Program-made: the position numbers and the translations under genes
In this document: positions 56,620 through 64,000 of the stretch, piece after piece
Numbering within the stretch: position 1 is the stretch's first letter
Layout of the letters: every line of letters begins with the position of its first letter
Notes under the pieces: model-generated
The model's input: the letters and a program-made list of their open reading frames with translations, nothing else
Databases searched by the model: none
What the model was told of the DNA's origin: nothing
NCBI GenBank assembly: GCA_050246815.1
Contig: JBFWVI010000008.1
Coordinates: 10,747-74,746, forward strand
Length of the DNA stretch: 64,000 bases
Origin: Bdellovibrionales bacterium
GTDB lineage: Bacteria > Bdellovibrionota > Bdellovibrionia > Bdellovibrionales > UBA1609
Reading direction: 5' to 3'

Positions 56620-57441
56620 ATGCTTTGGCGTCTAAAACAGAGCTCTTTAATGGGAGCTATTGGCTTAACAGTGCTGATCTTTTTGACAGAAGGCCCCTTC
56701 GCGGCTGTGCGTTCAGGGGGCGACTGCGATGTGGTGATCATGGAGGGGCAAGACCGCCTTGCAATTTTACGCCAAGCTGTCGAGCTTTTAAAGACCGAGC
56801 AAGAGCGAGTGTCGCGACAAGTGGATGGGGTTTGGTCTGCGCAAGACCTTTTGGCAATTCGTGAGCAGGCGAATTTACCTACGAGTCTCAGCGACCACCA
56901 GGTGATGGGTTTTTATGCTTCTAAATTGGGTTCAACTTTACGGCGTGAGGAATCGCGCTTGATCAATGAATTGGCCGGTCAGGCGCTGGCGTCTTTAAGA
57001 GCCGCGAACCAAGACCTCATTGACTTCGAAGGCGAGCCAGTGGAGCTTTTGAATAGACACTTTCGCACACTGCCCGCCGACCGGAGTCTGATTTTATTGG
57101 GCGTGATCAAAGAAAGTGGTTATCAGGTGCCCACGGCCCTGCAACTGGGAGCCGCATTAAAGTGCAAAAGTGACCTCGATCAACTGGTTTGTCTGGAACG
57201 CATGCAGAGGCATTATTCCGCAGAACAATTTCCAGATTTGAAGAGTGTCAAGCGTGCTATTTTGTATGGTGGCTATTATCAAAAACCCTGTTGTGGAAAT
57301 AGCTGCGGAAACTGCCCTTATCAGATCAACTATTACGGCGATGGCAGTCAATCATTTCCGTCTTCTTCAGAATGGGAAAAGCCACGCCTGATTTTATTCC
57401 AAGTCCTTAAAATGTTGGACGAGACAGATGACCGACAGTAA
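56620..57441 (+). CDS. Hypothetical protein with CCxxxCxxCPY motif
   Basis: Hydrophobic N-terminus; KPCCGNSCGNCPY. Confidence 0.65.
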   Translation: MLWRLKQSSLMGAIGLTVLIFLTEGPFAAVRSGGDCDVVIMEGQDRLAILRQAVELLKTEQERVSRQVDGVWSAQDLLAIREQANLPTSLSDHQVMGFYASKLGSTLRREESRLINELAGQALASLRAANQDLIDFEGEPVELLNRHFRTLPADRSLILLGVIKESGYQVPTALQLGAALKCKSDLDQLVCLERMQRHYSAEQFPDLKSVKRAILYGGYYQKPCCGNSCGNCPYQINYYGDGSQSFPSSSEWEKPRLILFQVLKMLDETDDRQ

Positions 57442-57645
57442 CAAATTGCAGTCTTGTTTGTAAGTCAGTCAGGATGTCCGTGCCTGCAGGAGTTTTTGCA
57501 AAGCTGTTCATGGGGTCGACGGCTGTACTTTTGACTGACACCTGTTTAGCCTGACATAGCTCTGTCGGGTGTTTTGTATTGAAAAACCAATAGTTCAGGC
57601 GGCGTCTGGAGCGTGTTTTGCTGCTCTTAAGCACAGGAGGTCGCT

Positions 57646-58305
57646 TTGCGGTGTCTTTTGCTCATTTTACTTGCGCTATTCGAAACGGCCCAGGCCAGCC
57701 AGCTTGAACTTTTGCGTTGTGTGCAAGAACTTGGCGCCATCCGTTCCGACAAGAACGCGACCCTGGAGTTTCAAGTTGGTCTGGCGGTGGGCAGTGGACA
57801 AGCGCCAACACGTTTGGGGCCTGTGCCGGTGCTGTATTTGGCCAATGAACGAGGAATTTACACATTTCGATTGCGAGCGGGGCAATTTAATCGCCTGCAG
57901 GTTGAAATTCCGCACGCCGACCCTCGTCGGCCACCGCGCCGACTGTTTTTGACTTACTTACAGAGTCAAATCTACGGCTCAAGGCTGCAAACCATTGACT
58001 GGGACGCGCCGCCGCTGGGCACATCCTTGTCGCAGTTCACATTGACAACAGCTTTTTCCACAACAACGACCGAAGTACAAAATCAACTTGTGCGCTTGAT
58101 CCAAAATGAATTGCTGAATTTTTCGCTGCTTTATCGGCAAGGGCAGCTTGCGCGCGCGGACCTGTTGGCGGGGAATCTTTCGTTTTGTCGGCGGTTAGAA
58201 ACAGGGGACCAGCAGTTGGCACAAAGCCTTCGCCAGCAGGTGCAAGAATTGGAAATGGTCAGCACCGCCTACCGCAGCACACGGCAACCCGCCAGCTCAC
58301 CCTAG
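57646..58305 (+). CDS. Secreted hypothetical protein
   Basis: RBS AGGAGG, TTG start, Sec signal ending AQA; C-terminal R.PAS. Confidence 0.7.
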   Translation: MRCLLLILLALFETAQASQLELLRCVQELGAIRSDKNATLEFQVGLAVGSGQAPTRLGPVPVLYLANERGIYTFRLRAGQFNRLQVEIPHADPRRPPRRLFLTYLQSQIYGSRLQTIDWDAPPLGTSLSQFTLTTAFSTTTTEVQNQLVRLIQNELLNFSLLYRQGQLARADLLAGNLSFCRRLETGDQQLAQSLRQQVQELEMVSTAYRSTRQPASSP

Positions 58306-58345
58306 TCAAATGACGCAAAGCTAAACCAAAAGGTGCCAGGCACCT

Positions 58346-59473
58346 TTAGTTTTCGAGGGATTTTTGGACGTCTTCGAGAGCTTTGTCGACGTCGATTTTT
58401 TTTGCGGGTCTGGTGCGTTTTTTGGGTTTCTTTTTCACTTTGGGTTTATCGAATAAAGATTCGTCGTATTGGGGTGGGTCCGGTTCGAAACGTTTTTCTT
58501 CACTGGAGTCGGGTTCAAGCACTTCTGGAGTAATCAGTGGCTCATGGCGTTTGGGTCGATCTGCGTTTTCGGACATTCTATACTCAAGACCCACGCTGGC
58601 TGTCCAGCCGGCTGCTGAAGCTTCACCGTTGATCGTTTGATCGTAACCAATTTTTAAGTGAAAGCTTTCGGTGATGTCGAAACCGCCCTCGGCTTTAAGC
58701 CCCAAAGTGCGGGGGTCAACGCTGTAGTACTTCCAACTGCCGCCATCAACACGTGTGGTGACCGTATCCCGGGTCACGCGTAAATCGGTATGTTCGTCTT
58801 CAAGGACGACATGTGTGCCATAGATTTTACCGCTCGCCGACCAGCGGCCCGGCGTCCATTTAGCACCGGCCTCATAAAGAGTATGCGAGGCGCGGCCGTC
58901 ATCTTGATACAAGAAGCCCACCTCAGCGAAAGGTTTGATGGTGCCAAACACCAATTCACTCCAAAGCCCGATGAAGATTTTCATCACGCCTTCACCGGTT
59001 AGTGCCTCGTCGGTGTCGTCACTAAATTCATTGAAGGGGTAAGCCAGCCAAAGTTCGGGCACGAAATTAAATCGTGAATAGGGCACCACATAGCGGGCCC
59101 CGGCGATCAGCTCTGTGGGTGAGGAGTTGGTGCGCTCAAAAAGCCCGTCGTAAGAGGCCGCGCGCGCGTAGCCCATCTGCGCCATCACGCTGACGTTGTC
59201 CAGCACCCAGTGCTCAAGGCCCACGTGACCTTCAATCAAACGGTAGTAACGGCCGCTGCCAAGACTTGTGTAGCTGCCACCACCAATGTCGTAGTTGGCG
59301 GTGGTGTTGAAATAGGACACTTCACTAAAAAAGCGTGTCAGATAGCTCGACTCGGGCTCTGGTGTGGGCAACGCCCACGCCGCAACTGGGCCCAACGCGA
59401 GTGCGAACAGCAAAAGCGCTTTTCGAATTTGGATATTGAACCCTACATCCATGCCAGGTATTGATTTTAACAT
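58346..59473 (-). CDS. Putative outer-membrane beta-barrel protein with charged tail (true start may be downstream)
   Basis: Signal peptide, beta-strand pattern, YDQTING..A.AG. Confidence 0.6.
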   Translation of the reverse strand: MLKSIPGMDVGFNIQIRKALLLFALALGPVAAWALPTPEPESSYLTRFFSEVSYFNTTANYDIGGGSYTSLGSGRYYRLIEGHVGLEHWVLDNVSVMAQMGYARAASYDGLFERTNSSPTELIAGARYVVPYSRFNFVPELWLAYPFNEFSDDTDEALTGEGVMKIFIGLWSELVFGTIKPFAEVGFLYQDDGRASHTLYEAGAKWTPGRWSASGKIYGTHVVLEDEHTDLRVTRDTVTTRVDGGSWKYYSVDPRTLGLKAEGGFDITESFHLKIGYDQTINGEASAAGWTASVGLEYRMSENADRPKRHEPLITPEVLEPDSSEEKRFEPDPPQYDESLFDKPKVKKKPKKRTRPAKKIDVDKALEDVQKSLEN

Positions 59474-59482
59474 CTAATAAGT

Positions 59483-60697
59483 ATGGAAAAGAAACCCTTT
59501 CTTGTCATCTTTATCACGGTTTTCATGGATCTGGTCGGGTTTGGGATTGTCATCCCGCTCAACCCGTATCTGGCGCGGCAATTTGGCGCCGATCCTTTGC
59601 AAGTCGGACTACTGATGACCATTTTTTCGGCGTTGCAGTTTTTGGCCTCACCACTGTGGGGACAATTGTCGGATCGTATAGGGCGTCGTCCAGTGATTTT
59701 GGTCAGCGTCTTGGGGGCGGCGATTGCCCATGTGGGTTTTGGTTTTGCTGGCACTTTGGCGGGTCTGTTTTTAGCGCGTGCCTTTGCCGGCATTTTTGGT
59801 GGCAATATTTCGGCGGCGATGGCGGCCGTGGCGGATATCACCAAACCCCAAGATCGCGCCAAAGGCATGGGCTTGATCGGAGCCGCCTTTGGCTTAGGAT
59901 TTATCTTTGGCCCGTTCTTGGGCGGGATACTGGGCGACGTGGGGCCACGCCTTGGTGAACAGGCCCCTTTTGGCGCCAGCTTTCCAGCCGTTGTCGCGGG
60001 TGGGATTTGTTTTCTTAATTTTTTACTGGCGCTGTGGATTTTGCCAGAAACCAACCCGCATGTGCTGGGCAAAAACACACAACCTTTACCAGCGCGGCGG
60101 CCGCGCCTGGCTTTGCTATGGGCTCTGCTTAGAAAGCCAGTGTTGAATCGCGTGTTGGTGATTTATTTTTTAATGAGCTTGGCCATGGCTCATATGGAAG
60201 CCGCATTGTTCATGTTGGTGCAAGATCGCTTTCAGTGGGATTTAACAAAGGCGAGCTGGGGTTTTGCTTACGTCGGCGTGATCATCGCAATGACCCAAGG
60301 TGGGCTGATTCGTAAAACTTTGCCGCGTTTGGGCGAGGCCAATTCGTTTATGATCGGCCTCGCGTTGATGGCATTGGGATTTTTTGGCGTGGCATTGTCG
60401 CCCACAGTGGTGTTGCTGGCGGTGGCCGTGACCGTGATGGCGCTGGGCAACGGTTTCGCTAACCCGGCGCTCACGGCCAGCGTCAGCTTGTTGTCGCCGC
60501 AAAATGAGCAAGGCGGCTCGATGGGCGTGAACCAAAGTCTTTCAGCCTTAGGCCGAATTTTGGGGCCGGCGGCTGGTGGTTGGCTTTATCTGAGAATGGG
60601 AATGCCATATCCATTTTTTGTTGCGGGCAGCTTAGTCACTTTGGCTGTGTTGATTGGCTTTCAGGTTCGTGGCCAGGTTCCGCATCAAGCCAAATGA
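59483..60697 (+). CDS. MFS transporter (TetA/DHA1-like)
   Basis: D.VGFGIVIP, G.LSDRIGRRPV, AD.T...RA..MG..GAAFG.GF..GP..GG motifs. Confidence 0.92.
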   Translation: MEKKPFLVIFITVFMDLVGFGIVIPLNPYLARQFGADPLQVGLLMTIFSALQFLASPLWGQLSDRIGRRPVILVSVLGAAIAHVGFGFAGTLAGLFLARAFAGIFGGNISAAMAAVADITKPQDRAKGMGLIGAAFGLGFIFGPFLGGILGDVGPRLGEQAPFGASFPAVVAGGICFLNFLLALWILPETNPHVLGKNTQPLPARRPRLALLWALLRKPVLNRVLVIYFLMSLAMAHMEAALFMLVQDRFQWDLTKASWGFAYVGVIIAMTQGGLIRKTLPRLGEANSFMIGLALMALGFFGVALSPTVVLLAVAVTVMALGNGFANPALTASVSLLSPQNEQGGSMGVNQSLSALGRILGPAAGGWLYLRMGMPYPFFVAGSLVTLAVLIGFQVRGQVPHQAK

Positions 60698-60707
60698 GGG
60701 TTTCAAA

Positions 60708-61067
60708 ATGGGTGCTGATTTTTTTCAAGTGGGCTGTTTTCAAATCGAAAATTTACTGATCAACCGCATGCAGTTTTTCGTCTTCGACTTGCGTCAACGA
60801 TCTGAAGTCCCGCCGCAAATTAATTCAAGCCTTGAACAAAAAGCGTTTTGGTCCAAAGCCAAAGCCATCAATCCCGATCAGGCCGTGACGGCGGCGAAAG
60901 AGCTTGTGCAAAGTCTAGAAGCGCCATTGATGTTGCTTTGCGAGGACGGCGAAATTTCAAGTCAAGTGGCCGCGCGTTTGGTGCGCGAGGGCTATAGCCA
61001 TTTGTTGGTGGTCGACGGCGGAATCAAACAACTGATTAGGGATTGGGAGCAGTCCATAGACTCTTGA
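60708..61067 (+). CDS. Rhodanese-like domain protein
   Basis: FDLR, LLCEDG..S and GY......GG motifs. Confidence 0.65.
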   Translation: MGADFFQVGCFQIENLLINRMQFFVFDLRQRSEVPPQINSSLEQKAFWSKAKAINPDQAVTAAKELVQSLEAPLMLLCEDGEISSQVAARLVREGYSHLLVVDGGIKQLIRDWEQSIDS

Positions 61068-62490
61068 AACCGCCTTTGAGCATCGGTAGTCCCAAAACTA
61101 AAACCAAAACAGTTGGTGAAACCAAAGCGTCACGGTGAGCGCTTTGAATTTCTTGGCGGCTGATCAACTGCTCACCTTTGGTGCTGGTCCAATGGGCCAT
61201 ATAAAGTTCGTAAGCACTTTGATAGCGTGAAATGCTTTGAGCACTGGCCCAGGTTCCGGCCACGATTGCGCCACCCATCAACGTGGCTGCCCCCACCGTG
61301 CCTAGAGCCACTGCGGCGGGTGAAAATAGCAACAAAAATGGCGCCAGGGTCGCGGTCAGTAAAATTTTATCCTTCAACGCCTCGGTTCGTTGTCGCTCAG
61401 CCAGTATGTTTTGCGCAGTTTGCGCCAGCTCAGGATTTTGCGATACGCTCAGTTCGACAAACTGGGGAAATTGCATCAGCCATTGCAGTTCGCGTTGCGC
61501 GCGGCGAGTTTTCATGTCGTTGCCTGTGCCCCGTGAGCGGCTCGGCGAAAGCGGACCATAAAACGCAACGGCGTCGTGGGCACTTTGCACGCGGGTCTGC
61601 AAAGTCAAATTGTCATCCAGCGAATGCTGCAAGGCTTGGCGAATGTCCGACAGGGTGATTTTTCTCTTTGGCAGATAAACCAAAAAACGAAACTGATTGG
61701 TGATGTTCCAAATACTTTCCATCACATTCAAGCGGGCACGATGCAGTTGGTTATTGCGAAAGCTGGTCCAAGAGGGATCAAAAATTAACATGGCCGCTCG
61801 CACGCGGTCAGCGGGTGTTTTGAATTTTCGGGTATTTTTGAATTCGGATAATTTGGCCTGCAGCTGGTCTTGCAAAGCCGGATTGTTTATGGCGCTGACG
61901 ATTTTTTGCTGCAGCAATTCGATGTATTCTTGGATCAGGCCTTTATTTTGAATGGCCTTTTGGTCATCCAATAAAAATTCGATATTTTCGATTTCTTCGC
62001 TGCTGAGGCCTTGGCCATCCCAGATCGTCAGCCATTCTTTTTGTATTTGGGCCAATTCAGCCGGATCCAAAGCTTCAAGCGAGCCTTGAAAGGGACCGCC
62101 CACCGGCTCCAGCAAAAAGGGATTGCCCGCAACGCGAAGATCGCCATCATTGAACCCGCCCATTTGCGGGGCCATCACCACGGCTGTCAGCTGACGAAGT
62201 ACGGCGTGCATGGCGGGGACCGTCCGGGTGAAGAAGCATGTGTAATCACCGATTGAATCGCGACAAGGCGTCGTGGCGGGGGTGATGGGACTGGGATTTT
62301 TCTGAATCCAGGTGAGCAAGCCTTGAATATCGGTCTGGCCGGTTCGTAAAAAGGCCCCCAAATTGCGGGCCGTTGACTGGCCTAGGGCGATTTTTAAAAC
62401 GCGATCCTGCGTTCCTGCCAAAACAGGGATGGGCCAAGCAAGGAGCAGGCTTAACAGGATTGAAATAAGGTGGCGGATATGGGTGTGCAT
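61036..62490 (-). CDS. Secreted helical hypothetical protein with C-terminal hydrophobic hairpin
   Basis: 484 aa; Sec signal; Ala/Gly-rich hydrophobic segments near the C-terminus. Confidence 0.65.
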   Translation of the reverse strand: MHTHIRHLISILLSLLLAWPIPVLAGTQDRVLKIALGQSTARNLGAFLRTGQTDIQGLLTWIQKNPSPITPATTPCRDSIGDYTCFFTRTVPAMHAVLRQLTAVVMAPQMGGFNDGDLRVAGNPFLLEPVGGPFQGSLEALDPAELAQIQKEWLTIWDGQGLSSEEIENIEFLLDDQKAIQNKGLIQEYIELLQQKIVSAINNPALQDQLQAKLSEFKNTRKFKTPADRVRAAMLIFDPSWTSFRNNQLHRARLNVMESIWNITNQFRFLVYLPKRKITLSDIRQALQHSLDDNLTLQTRVQSAHDAVAFYGPLSPSRSRGTGNDMKTRRAQRELQWLMQFPQFVELSVSQNPELAQTAQNILAERQRTEALKDKILLTATLAPFLLLFSPAAVALGTVGAATLMGGAIVAGTWASAQSISRYQSAYELYMAHWTSTKGEQLISRQEIQSAHRDALVSPTVLVLVLGLPMLKGGFKSLWTAPNP

Positions 62491-62505
62491 GCGCGTTCAG
62501 TTGGG

Positions 62506-62522
62506 TGCAGATTCAGTGCCGC
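62506..62522 (-). promoter_or_regulatory. Putative sigma54 promoter
   Basis: Minus strand CGGCAC-tgaat-CTGCA just upstream of 62490. Confidence 0.45.
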
Positions 62523-62742
62523 CAAGGGCTCTAAAGCGGGCCTTAACCCCTTAAATGTTTAAGAAAAAGGTGCCAATTTTGCGCCCAAAGTGCCAGATCT
62601 GGCCATGGCCCCATGTCATGGACCTTACGACCCTGAAATTGCTTCAGGCGGCAATCAATCTGTGGGGGCTTGATTCTTTGGGACCTTTAAGCCAGGTTTG
62701 GAACACTCAATGCACATTTCAGCAGTCGGTTGGAGGTCGGTT

Positions 62743-63720
62743 ATGAACCGCGGGTTATTTTCTTCATCTTTAGTGCGGGTCTTTTGGGCTGGGTTGATCG
62801 CCTTGCCGTCGTCCTCTTTTGCCACCGAAAGCACCGGTGAAATGGTGTTTATTGATTGCAACATACCGGCGGCCCTGCTGCCCGAGGATCACGTCAATAC
62901 GGGTGAGCGGACCATGGGCGCCGTGGTCGCCGCCGTTGGTGGAATAAGCGCTGTTTACACATTGTCTATGCACGGCGACGATGTGAAAGTGATCAAGAAG
63001 AGCACACAAATTTTGCAACTGATGGATGATGTGATCAAAGCCGACGACGCGGTTCAGGCCGCCAATCGAAGGCTGCAAGAGATTATTGAAGAAATGCGTA
63101 AGATCGGCGCTGACTACAATCTAGATCAGCGTATCAGCCAACTTAAGGCTGAGCGTGCAATGGCTGGCGGCAAATACAAAGTTGGCCCGACCGCCAAGGA
63201 TCTTTTTGCCGGAACGAATGCCCCCCAGTCTGTAGTTACTCGCTACAATGGTCTTCGTGTCGAGCAGCATACTCTCGCAGCTCAGGTGCGCGATATGGCG
63301 GGCAGTCACAAGCGCAGCCCTTTGCACTTCCGTTTGGATCAAGCCGTGTCGCGTTTGATCCGTATGGGCGGTGTTCATTTTGAATATCCGGTGAGGCGTG
63401 TGCAGTTGGGCCTAGTGCGCGAGCAGCGCCCCCTTGTCGAGCAAAAAATCAACGATGCCCGCAGCCGTATTGACAGCACTCGTCCCATGCGCCGCATGTT
63501 TGCGGCTGGCAGTGGCGCTATGGTGCTGATGGGCACCGTGATCTATTTTTCGGATGAAATCAGTGAATTGCTGAAAGGCCCCAAAGACCAAAACGGCATG
63601 ACCAAGGGTGAAGTCGCCACAGTGATCAAACACACCCGTTGTATGGCTGAGTCCTTGGACCAAATCGAGGTGCCGGACGCACAACCGGAGGCGAGTGGGG
63701 GGGGGGGCTTAAGTGAGTAA
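62743..63720 (+). CDS. Secreted/membrane hypothetical protein
   Basis: RBS GGAGG, ATG 62743; signal peptide ending SFA; two Gly/Ala-rich hydrophobic helices; TGGAAC-N5-ATGCA (sigma54-like) at 62699. Confidence 0.65.
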   Translation: MNRGLFSSSLVRVFWAGLIALPSSSFATESTGEMVFIDCNIPAALLPEDHVNTGERTMGAVVAAVGGISAVYTLSMHGDDVKVIKKSTQILQLMDDVIKADDAVQAANRRLQEIIEEMRKIGADYNLDQRISQLKAERAMAGGKYKVGPTAKDLFAGTNAPQSVVTRYNGLRVEQHTLAAQVRDMAGSHKRSPLHFRLDQAVSRLIRMGGVHFEYPVRRVQLGLVREQRPLVEQKINDARSRIDSTRPMRRMFAAGSGAMVLMGTVIYFSDEISELLKGPKDQNGMTKGEVATVIKHTRCMAESLDQIEVPDAQPEASGGGGLSE

Positions 63721-63976
63721 GTCCGTTCGACGTGTTTCTTTGATGTGGTTCATGATTTGGGCCGTGTCGGTGGTTTCGGTGATTGGCCTGGTTCGCCAAC
63801 AAACCAATCGTCCCCAAATGCCGATGGGCGAGGCCCTGGTGCATGAAATTGAAAATCTGGAAGTCATTCAGCGGATGAATGACGGGCATGGTGACGCCGA
63901 TCAAGTGGCCGTCAGCGGCTTTGAAGGGCCTAAATCACACCGTACACCGCGCCGTGCCACCTTGTCCCAACGCTAA
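63713..63976 (+). CDS. Small single-pass membrane protein
   Basis: 87 aa with N-terminal TM; overlaps the upstream stop. Confidence 0.5.
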   Translation: MSKSVRRVSLMWFMIWAVSVVSVIGLVRQQTNRPQMPMGEALVHEIENLEVIQRMNDGHGDADQVAVSGFEGPKSHRTPRRATLSQR

Positions 63977-64000
63977 TCTTAAGCTACATTGCCTCCATTG

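Noticed and set aside
56430..56864. 144-aa ORF in the ORF track
   Set aside because: It is antisense to rnpB and overlaps the 56620 gene in another frame; a shadow ORF.
63697..63707. G11 tract as a phase-variable switch fusing 62743..63720 to 63713..63976
   Set aside because: G10 reads GCT TAA and G12 reads CTT AAG TGA, so both shifts stop immediately; only the last few residues would change.
1..64000. Mobile elements, prophage, defence systems, tRNA or rRNA
   Set aside because: No transposase, integrase, phage, nuclease-defence or tRNA/rRNA signatures were recognised by eye.

Overview
Chromosomal window from a Bdellovibrionota-like predatory bacterium. This assignment is inferred from the short ~276-aa flagellins, the DUF1640/DUF2802-type genes and the gene order. 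Contents: (1) tandem type IV pilin-like genes. (2) A split membrane-anchored spermidine-synthase-like operon. (3) prmA-rsmE-RDD-rfaE2, then meaB. (4) A flagellar filament locus: four fliC, flaG, fliD, fliS and a chaperone-like gene, followed by a sigma54-driven TPR / Maf-N-like / 2x GT9 glycosylation-type operon and a two-component pair. (5) rsmD-coaD-aminotransferase; ssb; pal-cpoB-tsaD-rsmA-smpB. (6) RNase P RNA, an MFS transporter and several orphan secreted proteins. The best candidate for an undescribed system is 48546-54233: ACP, fused ThDP E1 alpha/beta, lipoyl E2 acyltransferase, membrane SGNH (DltD/AlgJ-like) and AlgI/DltB-like MBOAT. It reads as a Dlt/Alg-style envelope acylation relay whose carrier protein is loaded by a 2-oxoacid-dehydrogenase/transketolase-like module instead of an adenylating ligase. 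Signals missing from the ORF track: a phased GAC-N4-GTC operator at three sigma28 promoters, a covarying two-hairpin flagellin 3' element, CsrA-type GGA hairpins, a sigma28-driven 27-codon YQNC lipopeptide ORF next to rnpB, and a stalk-deleted DUF1640 pseudogene. No CRISPR array, tRNA, rRNA or transposase was recognised. All family assignments come from reading motifs by eye; no database was searched.
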